Assembly: GCA_048885525.1 (NCBI GenBank) | Contig: JBHLLP010000006.1 | Coordinates: 32,001-96,000, forward strand | Reading direction: 5' to 3' | Length of the DNA: 64,000 nucleotides | Origin: Candidatus Hermodarchaeota archaeon | Lineage (GTDB): Archaea; Asgardarchaeota; Lokiarchaeia; Sigyniarchaeales; SOKP01 | Notes under the pieces: generated by a model | Seen by the model: the letters and a program-made list of their open reading frames with translations, nothing else | Database searches by the model: none | Told to the model about the DNA's origin: nothing | Shown: one piece after another, positions 19,390 through 28,090 of the stretch | Numbering within the stretch: the stretch's first letter is position 1 | Layout of the letters: each line of letters opens with the position of its first letter | Position numbers and translations under genes: made by a program

Positions 19390-20904
19390 TTACAATTGAG
19401 GATTGCCATTAAAACCCCAAGTTTTATTAATTCCTAAATTATCTTGGATTAAGGGTGCTTGAATATCATTTACAGACATCCCTAGTCCTGAAGGGATGAA
19501 ATTTTTAGCATTATTAAAAGCTGTTTCTATAGTCTCACTTTTATTTAATTGATCCCAAAATTGATGAAAAAACCATGATCCCGCAAAGCCATCAGCATTC
19601 AAATTGTCTCGCCAATACCATGAAAAAATATCTGTTGTCGATGTAATTAATATTGAATTGGGTATATTATACCAACTTAGTCCTATACTTGAGTTTTGAT
19701 TTAAAAAATTTCCACTATAACATATATCTATATTGATCAATATACGTCTACAATTAATCTCTTTAACGAGATTAAAAAACTCAATTTCAGTTATATAATT
19801 GCTGTCAGCTTCGAAATGGAAAGTTGCATTCCCATCACCAAGTACTCTATTTGAACCATGGTCTACCATATAAATTATCAGTTGATCTTTTGAATTTATC
19901 TTAGATGCAAAAGAACCGATGACACTAACATTCAATTCTTGCTTAAATCTACTCGAATTCACATCGTCGTTTTCTACATCAATGATAGCACCAGCTAAAT
20001 CATTTGATATTCCATCATTTGCCTTTATATCTATTGTATTATCATCCGTGTGATAGAGCATCAAAAATATATCATCATCAGTATATCCATGATTCTTTAA
20101 AATCCAGTAAACTTGAAGTGCTTGAGCAGGAAAGCCATCTGAATCTATATTACTAGGAAGAGGGCTCGGAATTGGGGGAGGGAACCAATATTCTATCTTT
20201 ACATCATCAAAAAGTACCATGTCGCCCCCAGTCATATTCCCTTCAACTGCTAATACTAAATGTAGTTGAGTTATCTCATTTTGAGTGGAATTATCTGCAA
20301 TACCAGTTGAATTAAGAGATTTCCAACCAATGAAACCTCCTAATGTACCATCTGACCAATCTGTTCTTATTACATCATTACTAGAATTTAACCATCTTAA
20401 TCCTATCCTAGCTCCTGCTCCTGTGCCCGGTAAAATTATAGCGGGATTTATTGGGGGGAAATTAATATTAGTTGTTATATTAACCCAAGCAGAAAGATTA
20501 TATGCGGCAGACTTTATTAATGGATAATACTTTGTCCAATTATAAACCAATTCCATATCAACATATCCTCCCCAAGGTTTAGCAATAAATTGTACAACCC
20601 CAGGAGTATGATAACCTGGTATATTAGCATCAGTTACTATATACCCATTTGGGAAATCTTCGAAAGAGGGCCATCGACCCGTTTCATTACTAAACGTTGA
20701 ATCATCTCCATCATTAAAATCGGGTTGACTATCCTTTCTATAGAAATCATTTGCACTGCATAGGATAATTGCTTTTCGGGCTCCTGGAATTGGTTCTCTT
20801 CGCATGGTAGGAAGATATATTATCCATAAAGAAAGAACTAATACTATACCTATAATAAATGCAAGTAAAGGAATATATTTCTTTGCATTCTTCTTTAAAT
20901 CCAT
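19390..20904 (-). CDS. Membrane-anchored clan CD cysteine peptidase (C13 legumain-like) with inserted beta-sandwich
   Basis: LIIYMVDHGS (catalytic His) and INIDICYSGNF (catalytic Cys); N-terminal TM. Confidence 0.82.
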   Translation of the reverse strand: MDLKKNAKKYIPLLAFIIGIVLVLSLWIIYLPTMRREPIPGARKAIILCSANDFYRKDSQPDFNDGDDSTFSNETGRWPSFEDFPNGYIVTDANIPGYHTPGVVQFIAKPWGGYVDMELVYNWTKYYPLIKSAAYNLSAWVNITTNINFPPINPAIILPGTGAGARIGLRWLNSSNDVIRTDWSDGTLGGFIGWKSLNSTGIADNSTQNEITQLHLVLAVEGNMTGGDMVLFDDVKIEYWFPPPIPSPLPSNIDSDGFPAQALQVYWILKNHGYTDDDIFLMLYHTDDNTIDIKANDGISNDLAGAIIDVENDDVNSSRFKQELNVSVIGSFASKINSKDQLIIYMVDHGSNRVLGDGNATFHFEADSNYITEIEFFNLVKEINCRRILINIDICYSGNFLNQNSSIGLSWYNIPNSILITSTTDIFSWYWRDNLNADGFAGSWFFHQFWDQLNKSETIETAFNNAKNFIPSGLGMSVNDIQAPLIQDNLGINKTWGFNGNPQL

Positions 20905-21106
20905 TAAATCTCAACTTTTTTGGTATTTTTATTCTTTTAAAAAGTAATTTCTACAAAAGATATATATAAAGGAGAATTACACGATATTATAATTTAAATC
21001 TTACTTTTCTTTATTAAATGAATATGTTTCTCTTAACATATAATATATAATATTCTTAAAATGAAAATAAAAAAAATTTTATAAAATGATTAGAAAGCTT
21101 ATTAGC

Positions 21107-22495
21107 TCACTCTTTCATTTTTAATATTTCTTCTAATGTGGGTTTTTCTTTAATATCTAAAAGTTTAAACTCATCAATCATTTGAATCAAACCATATACT
21201 ACTACACCATGATTGTATTGCTCGTTTGCATCATATAAATTCCGGTAACAAAATGGACATTCAGTTGTTACTATATCTGCACCTATTGCATTTGCTTCAT
21301 CCAACCGTAAGCTTGATGTCCTTAATGAAAAATCAGCATAGCCTGCTCTCACTCCTCCACCGGCTCCACAACAGAAGCTATCGAGTTTTATTCGGTACAT
21401 TTCTTTAAATTTTATACCAACATCTTGTTCCAATTGTCTTAACACAATTCGAGGAACTTCATACCATTCATCAATCGCTTCTCTAATTTTTCGACTATCC
21501 ATCATTAGATTTTTAGATTCTTCTATTATTTTTTGCTCAATTTCTAAAGCCATGTGTCTTCCGAGATGGCATGGATCATGGTATGTAACTACTTTTCCTT
21601 TTAATTCCTTATTAGGCTTAAATTTGATTTTTCCCTCGGTGATTAATCGAGAAACTAATTCAAATGCATGCATGGTTTTAAAAGGAATTTTACCCTCAGA
21701 TGACCATTTAGGATAATCATTTGTAAAAGTCTTGTAACATCCCGCACAACTAAAGAATATTAAATCCAAGTCTTTAAAGGCTTCAATATTTTTATTCATT
21801 AATTCTTGAGCCGTATCGACAGCACCTACTCTAAAGAATGGACTTCCACAACATACTTCATCCTCAACTAATCTGAAATTAATTCCTAACTGTTCAAAAA
21901 TCTTGCAAGTTGCTATAGCAATCTCAATTTGGCGATAACTTGCTGTACAACCTACAAAATAACCAATCTTTGCATCTTTATTATCTATATATTTCTCTAA
22001 ACCAGCATCTTTTGCCCATTTAAAGCGTTCTTCTGCTTTTCCACCATATGGATTGTTTAATTCCTTTGTTAAACGTTCAACTAACTGATGTTTCTCAATC
22101 ATCGGGATTCCCGCCTCTTTACATGCAGCACGGAGAGCTTCTATAATATCAACGGTTCGCACTTTGTTTTCACATTGGGCTGAACATTGACCACATGTAA
22201 TACAAGGCATAATAACATCCCTAACTTCTTCAGAAAACTCTAAATCCCCACTTAAAATAGAACGAGCAATCCAAATCTTACCAGCATTCCAAAAAGCTTC
22301 CCATCCATGTTCTATACCGGCTGGACATGCATCCACCATACCCTCATAAAGTACAGAACCTTGTTTTCCAGTAAATTCTCCAATTCCTTTTTTATCAGGT
22401 TCTCCTGAGTACGCAAATCTACATGCTTTACAATGAATGCATCTATATACATCCTTTTTAAGCTCTTCGAGCCTTTCCATTCCTGTTTTTGACAT
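21107..22495 (-). CDS. Fe-S oxidoreductase, GlcF/GlpC/HdrD-type (2x[4Fe-4S] plus two CCG domains)
   Basis: CIHCKAC, CITCGQCSAQC, CCGSP, YHDPCHLGR, CCGAGGG; ATG 22495 follows GGAGGT. Confidence 0.92.
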   Translation of the reverse strand: MSKTGMERLEELKKDVYRCIHCKACRFAYSGEPDKKGIGEFTGKQGSVLYEGMVDACPAGIEHGWEAFWNAGKIWIARSILSGDLEFSEEVRDVIMPCITCGQCSAQCENKVRTVDIIEALRAACKEAGIPMIEKHQLVERLTKELNNPYGGKAEERFKWAKDAGLEKYIDNKDAKIGYFVGCTASYRQIEIAIATCKIFEQLGINFRLVEDEVCCGSPFFRVGAVDTAQELMNKNIEAFKDLDLIFFSCAGCYKTFTNDYPKWSSEGKIPFKTMHAFELVSRLITEGKIKFKPNKELKGKVVTYHDPCHLGRHMALEIEQKIIEESKNLMMDSRKIREAIDEWYEVPRIVLRQLEQDVGIKFKEMYRIKLDSFCCGAGGGVRAGYADFSLRTSSLRLDEANAIGADIVTTECPFCYRNLYDANEQYNHGVVVYGLIQMIDEFKLLDIKEKPTLEEILKMKE

Positions 22496-22517
22496 TTTCT
22501 TTATCAACCTCCTTTAT

Positions 22518-23999
22518 TTATGGAAGAGCAAGTCTTCCTGGATGCATTATAAAATTAGGATCTACGAGCTTTTTGAAAGCCCTCAAATATTTCCAGTACA
22601 TTCCAGCCTGATAATATGCTTGAATATGGATGTAGGGATCTGGTCTATAATTAAGCCAACCTTGTTTTAAAGCATATTCAGTAGTTTCACTGTTTAATTG
22701 TTGAACTTTTTCAAAATCACTTTGTTTTGTACTGTCAAAGCATACAATGGGCATACAAATTGCTTGTCTACATCGTTCAATACTTGCAATCCAAATTACG
22801 GGAGGAAATCCATGTTCTTCCATCTTTTTTGTATACATGTCAGCAAAATGTGCGCATTCTGGCCAAGGAGTATACCAGGTAATAAATAAAAAGCCAGCTT
22901 CCCAGAAGCTATAAGGAATAGCTATTTTATTAGGTTTTTTCATTCTACTGGCAATTTGCTTAGGATGAAGTTCCTGCTTTATAATTGCATCTGGATTTTT
23001 AGCTCTTTTCTTAAAATCTTCGGCCATTTTATCAATTCTATTAGTTACATAATCAAGTTCTTCTTGAGTTTGAGCCCACGTTTCCCAATTCATCCACCAT
23101 TGAGAAATACCAATTTCTTTATAGAAATTATAATCATGTGGGATTTTATCCTTTGGCCATCTAGCCATTACAAGAGGATAATTACCTCCTTGAACCATAA
23201 CGGTATGGTGGCTAATTCCAAACTCCTGTTTAGCAACTTCAAGAGTTAAGTTCTGCATATCGTAAGGATTATCCATACCCCATACAACAACTGTCTTAAA
23301 CTTCGGATGGGGGAATATTTTCACAGCAGCTTTAGTAACTACTCCAAAAGCACCTTGTGAACCCATCAGAAAACTCCACATATCAGGGCCTATACCATAT
23401 TTATAAAAGGGTTTTGCAAATGGAAGTGCCCATGAACCAGTTCGTACTACATCTCCATTTGGGAAAACAATTTCCCCACACATAAAATTATCTCCTTGTG
23501 GACCTACTGAAGATGTATATAACGAAAATCCACGATCAATTGCATCCCCCATAACGGTTGCTGCTGGAGGAGCTCCATCAGGAATTGGAGGTGCCCAATC
23601 TGGATGATATTTATGCATATAACTCCAAAGTTGTCCATTTGTGACCCCTGGTTCTATTATACAATAACGGTTTTCTTCGTCTATTTCAAGAATCCTATTC
23701 ATCCTTCCCAAATCGAGAAGAACTCCACCAGGTTTGATTGTAGGGCATGCAAAACCACCTGACAAACCAGCAGACACGGGACTAACAGCAATCTTTTCTG
23801 CAGAACAATATATTAATATTTTTCGAATTTCTTCAACGTATTTTGGTCGGACAACAATATCTGGAATTTGGGATTCTAACCCCATTACAGATTTAGCTAG
23901 ATATGATGCAGTAATGGCTTTATTATTGGTAGCATACTCTTTCCCGACAATTCCGATCATAGCTTCTAAATCTTTTTCATCCGGTAATTTATAGCTCAT
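22518..23999 (-). CDS. FAD-binding oxidoreductase (GlcD/VAO family)
   Basis: PDIVVRP, DLGRMNRI, EPGVT, GSQGAFGVVTK, DPNFIMHPG; ATG 23999 follows GGAG. Confidence 0.92.
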   Translation of the reverse strand: MSYKLPDEKDLEAMIGIVGKEYATNNKAITASYLAKSVMGLESQIPDIVVRPKYVEEIRKILIYCSAEKIAVSPVSAGLSGGFACPTIKPGGVLLDLGRMNRILEIDEENRYCIIEPGVTNGQLWSYMHKYHPDWAPPIPDGAPPAATVMGDAIDRGFSLYTSSVGPQGDNFMCGEIVFPNGDVVRTGSWALPFAKPFYKYGIGPDMWSFLMGSQGAFGVVTKAAVKIFPHPKFKTVVVWGMDNPYDMQNLTLEVAKQEFGISHHTVMVQGGNYPLVMARWPKDKIPHDYNFYKEIGISQWWMNWETWAQTQEELDYVTNRIDKMAEDFKKRAKNPDAIIKQELHPKQIASRMKKPNKIAIPYSFWEAGFLFITWYTPWPECAHFADMYTKKMEEHGFPPVIWIASIERCRQAICMPIVCFDSTKQSDFEKVQQLNSETTEYALKQGWLNYRPDPYIHIQAYYQAGMYWKYLRAFKKLVDPNFIMHPGRLALP

Positions 24000-24231
24000 A
24001 ATCTCCAACCTATTAAATAATCTTCAAATTTTTGTTTTTATATAATTTAATGTATTATTTTGGAAAATTAAGTACTGCATTTTAAATTTTCTTATGACAT
24101 TTTCATACAAAATATGATTTTTTCTTATAGAAATTATGTTTCATTTCTAGAGGGTGAAACATCTTTTTAAAAAAGAAGCGTTAATCAATAATTTAAAGAA
24201 GAACCTTATAATGAAAATCTTTCTATTCATT

Positions 24232-24771
24232 CTAGATGGTTATAAATTCTCTTATTTTTGAATTTATTGAAGATTTTTGACGCCTATTATCTTTAATTAT
24301 AAATTCATGAAAAATTTCGTTATTTTCATCAATAAATTCCCAAAATTCTTCATAAATTTCTTTTGAGGTCATCTTTTTCTTTCTAGAATTAATATTTTGT
24401 TTTAACCTATTTTCTTTCTGGAATTCATCATGATTAAATGGTTTATATTTAACTTTTTCTCCATTAAGTATTAACTTTTCGAAAAGCTCGTTATTCCGTT
24501 TCTCAGTTAGGTTAAAAGTTTTCACACCATTCCTTAACTTTCTGGCAGTCGCTTGATTCAATTCCAAATCCACTTTCTGATATCCTCGAATTTGGAAATT
24601 ATTGTCCATGAAAAATTGGAAGTGATGTGGGCAAATTAATCCTTTATGGACAGAAATTGTAGTTAATTTGGATTTATTGTTTAATCTCGAAGGAGGTATT
24701 CCTACGATATCTCTTGTTTTACAAATTGGGCAAATAACTTCAATTTTATTTGTCCTAGCAAGGATAACCAT
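24232..24771 (-). CDS. Hypothetical protein with N-terminal CxxC...CxH Zn-binding domain
   Basis: CPICK...ICPHHFQFFMDNNFQIRGYQKVD; same motif as 52882..53730. Confidence 0.75.
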   Translation of the reverse strand: MVILARTNKIEVICPICKTRDIVGIPPSRLNNKSKLTTISVHKGLICPHHFQFFMDNNFQIRGYQKVDLELNQATARKLRNGVKTFNLTEKRNNELFEKLILNGEKVKYKPFNHDEFQKENRLKQNINSRKKKMTSKEIYEEFWEFIDENNEIFHEFIIKDNRRQKSSINSKIREFITI

Positions 24772-24935
24772 TAGATTCTCACATAATTAAAATAAATCTA
24801 AACCCTACAAAAATCTCTAGAATTTTCTATTTAAACTAAGCTTTTTTATTGTTTATGACCGAATCTTTAAGTTCAATAAATAATTTTTCCAATTATTATA
24901 CTAGTTCTAATTCTATTTTAAAATAAGATGATATC

Positions 24936-26354
24936 ATGTCAGAAATGGATATTTTTTTTCACCCAAAATCCATAGCAATAATTGGAGCATCAGACAGTTT
25001 TAAATTTGGATATACTACGACAAAATACTTGTTAGAATCAAAATTTAAAACTTTTCCTGTTAACATCAAGAAGCAAGAAATTCATGGACATAAAGCTTAT
25101 AAAAATGTAAAAGATATTCCTGAAGAAATAGATTTGGCAATCATTCTCATTGGAAATGAATTTGTTCTTCAAGCAGTAAAAGATTGTATTGAAAAGGGAG
25201 TAAAAGGGATAATAATAGAATCAGCAGGTTTTGCAGAGACAGGTGTAGAAAAATATATAAAAATTCAAAATGAGATTGAAAAAATAGCTAAAGAGACTAA
25301 AGTTCGAATTATAGGACCTAATTGTATTGGTGTTACTGATTTTAACAATCAATTCACTACAGCAGACATGAGCTTTGATCAAGCTTTAAGTGGTAAAGTA
25401 GCAGTTATAGCGCAATCAGGTGTACTTGGAAATATTTTTATAGATTGGGCAACTGATAAAGGGATTGGATTTTCTAAAACTATTACAATAGGAAACAAGG
25501 TGGATGTTGATGAGATTGATTTACTCAAGTATTTAAATAAAGATCCTGAAACAGAAGTTATAACTCTTTACCTAGAAGGTACAAAACGAGGTAGAGAACT
25601 AATACAAGCTTTTAAAAACATGGATAAACCAGTTATAATACTTAAAAACGGAAAAAGTGAAATAGGTTCAAAAGCAGTTAATAGTCACACGGGGTCAATG
25701 GCAGGAAATAACAAAATTTATGATACTCTCTTTAAACAGAATAGTAAAATATTTAGGGTTAACAATTTTTATGAATTATTTAACATAGCTCATGTATTTG
25801 CAAGTCAACCTTTACCTGTAGGTAAAAACGTTGCTATTATTACAGGTTCGGGAAGCTTAGGAGCGCTTGCGTGTGATCAGATTGAGGAACAAGGATTAAA
25901 TCTTGCGAATTTAAGCGAAAACACTATCTCTCGTATTAAATCGGTAATTCCAAATTGGGTTTCAATTAGAGGTACTATAGATTTAGGTCCTTCTATATTT
26001 CAGACATTTGAGTCATCTGCAAAAGCAATTTTCGAAGATAAGAATGTGGATTGCATCTTATATATTTTTTCAGTTCCTCGATGGCCACTCCAAATGATGG
26101 GTTCAATGTCTACAAATTGGGCTAAACAACATTTTGCTCTCATTAAAGATTTAACACAAAAGTTTAAAAAACCATGCGTGTGTGTATGTTTTGGTTCTAG
26201 CTGGACATTTGATTTTCTTAGAAAAGCAGCATCTTCATCGAATTCAGAAATTAAGATTCCAATAATGAGTAGAATAAAACATGCAATAAAAGCCTTTAAA
26301 ATGATGTATCAGTTTGGAAAAAAACAAAATAAAATGAGTTTAAATTTAAACTAA
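24936..26354 (+). CDS. ADP-forming acyl-CoA synthetase alpha subunit (CoA-binding)
   Basis: PKSIAIIGAS, SAGFAE, IIGPNCIG, QSG, GNKVDV, phospho-His motif SHTGSMAG. Confidence 0.92.
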   Translation: MSEMDIFFHPKSIAIIGASDSFKFGYTTTKYLLESKFKTFPVNIKKQEIHGHKAYKNVKDIPEEIDLAIILIGNEFVLQAVKDCIEKGVKGIIIESAGFAETGVEKYIKIQNEIEKIAKETKVRIIGPNCIGVTDFNNQFTTADMSFDQALSGKVAVIAQSGVLGNIFIDWATDKGIGFSKTITIGNKVDVDEIDLLKYLNKDPETEVITLYLEGTKRGRELIQAFKNMDKPVIILKNGKSEIGSKAVNSHTGSMAGNNKIYDTLFKQNSKIFRVNNFYELFNIAHVFASQPLPVGKNVAIITGSGSLGALACDQIEEQGLNLANLSENTISRIKSVIPNWVSIRGTIDLGPSIFQTFESSAKAIFEDKNVDCILYIFSVPRWPLQMMGSMSTNWAKQHFALIKDLTQKFKKPCVCVCFGSSWTFDFLRKAASSSNSEIKIPIMSRIKHAIKAFKMMYQFGKKQNKMSLNLN

Positions 26355-26507
26355 TAAGTAGTATTTATTTTTAAATTCTATTTTAAATTTAAGTTCTTCT
26401 TATCGTTGTTCATAAGTTTATTTCAAAAATTGGACTCCAAATTTTTTTAATTCTATTAAAATCTCCTTTTAATTAAGTAAAAATATTAAAATTTGGAGTG
26501 ATAAAAA

Positions 26508-27023
26508 ATGAGTGAAGTTTATGTTTTTAATATTGCCTGGCAAGAGATTGTCAATTGGTTTTTAGCTCAACCGATCTACGCACAAGTTCTTGTTTTGATA
26601 GGAGTTTTTGCAGTATTAACACTTGCGGTAATTTTAGTTTATTACATACTGAAAGGTGTTGCTTATCTGGTTTATTATATATTAAAAGGAATATATTATC
26701 TTTTGAAGGGAATTGGTTTACTCTTTTATAAGATATTCGAAGCATTATATTACGCTATTTCAGGTAAGCCAAAACCTAATAAATGCTGTGCTCCCCCACA
26801 ACAAGCCCAAATTCCACCTGAAATACAACAGCAAGAAGAACCAATAGTACAACATCAAAAAAGCATACAAATAATCAGACCTGAAGTCGCTTATTGCAGT
26901 GAATGTGGTAATAAATTTACAGGTTCAATGCTTCAGACTTTACAAGAAAGAGGAGTTGCCTTCTGTATTCATTGTGGAAATAAGAAAACTCAAAATTACC
27001 AAATTGGTATCGAAAGTCAATAA
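26508..27023 (+). CDS. Membrane protein with YYILKG amphipathic repeats and C-terminal Zn ribbon
   Basis: TM, VYYILKG/VYYILKG/IYYLLKG, Q/P linker, CSECG...CIHCG; SD GGAGTGA. Confidence 0.8.
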   Translation: MSEVYVFNIAWQEIVNWFLAQPIYAQVLVLIGVFAVLTLAVILVYYILKGVAYLVYYILKGIYYLLKGIGLLFYKIFEALYYAISGKPKPNKCCAPPQQAQIPPEIQQQEEPIVQHQKSIQIIRPEVAYCSECGNKFTGSMLQTLQERGVAFCIHCGNKKTQNYQIGIESQ

Positions 27024-27045
27024 TTTTTTTTATTCTTTTTCTATT

Positions 27046-27912
27046 TTATATTAAAGATTTCTCAAATAATATAACACCAAAGCGTTCATCTTCATAATAA
27101 GCAAATCCGATCTTTTTTAGGAGATTTGCTACTTCAAGTTTACAAAAAACTTCAAATACTATAGATTTATTTGCCTCTAACTCTTTTTGAATAGTGTATT
27201 TAATTAATTCTAAGGCAGCTTTTGGTTTTCCGTAAGTTATAATCCAAATTTCATTTTTTAAAGGAATTTCATAAGTAACAAAACTTCTATTTTCCATTTT
27301 ATGTAAAATGGCATCTTGATTGTAAATCCATGAACCCCTTTCATTGGTTAGATACCTTAATGGAATATAAGACCACCCAACACAAATTTCTGTCCCTGGA
27401 CCAATATCAAATTCTTCATAATATTCCTTTACTTGTTCAGCTGTTAACTTTTCGAATTCAGAAGTTTCTTTTCTAGTTATTTTGATATCATCCAAATTTG
27501 CTTCTACAAGGTCCATACATTTCTTCTGTTTAAAACCAAACTTTTTAGCAAGTGAAATTGATGCGAAATTTTTTGATCCTGTATCATATTGAGCTACTTT
27601 AGCACCCATTTTTTTAGAATATTCTATAGCATAATTCAATTGTAATTTACCAATACCTTGTCCTTGATATGATACCTTTATTCTCCCACCTTCTAACCAC
27701 GCAATTTCCTTATTATATAACTTTACTCTGCCGAATCCGATTAATTCTGTTTTATTTTCATCTTTAAAAGTTCCATAATTCATACAATCTTTCTCTTGGA
27801 GCCACTCTTCGATAACATATGGAATATAGTCATTCCCTTCCCATATATCTTTACTAATATCTTTTATAGCTGGAATGTCTTCATGTATTAACTCGCGGAA
27901 ATATACCTTCAT
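27046..27912 (-). CDS. GNAT-family N-acetyltransferase
   Basis: AWLEGGRI...YQGQGIG, NFASISLAKKFGF. Confidence 0.9.
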   Translation of the reverse strand: MKVYFRELIHEDIPAIKDISKDIWEGNDYIPYVIEEWLQEKDCMNYGTFKDENKTELIGFGRVKLYNKEIAWLEGGRIKVSYQGQGIGKLQLNYAIEYSKKMGAKVAQYDTGSKNFASISLAKKFGFKQKKCMDLVEANLDDIKITRKETSEFEKLTAEQVKEYYEEFDIGPGTEICVGWSYIPLRYLTNERGSWIYNQDAILHKMENRSFVTYEIPLKNEIWIITYGKPKAALELIKYTIQKELEANKSIVFEVFCKLEVANLLKKIGFAYYEDERFGVILFEKSLI

Positions 27913-28090
27913 CTCAGCTCTTTCAAAACCTCTAATCTATGAAATTTGTTAATTAAAAACCCATAAAAAAATTTTACTTTTTTTAATTTATATTACGAAC
28001 CATATAAATAATTTTAAATATAGATCTGTCAATAAGAATACTATTAAAAGTAGTTAAATCTATGTTAAAAATTTTTAAAATTGATCAAAA

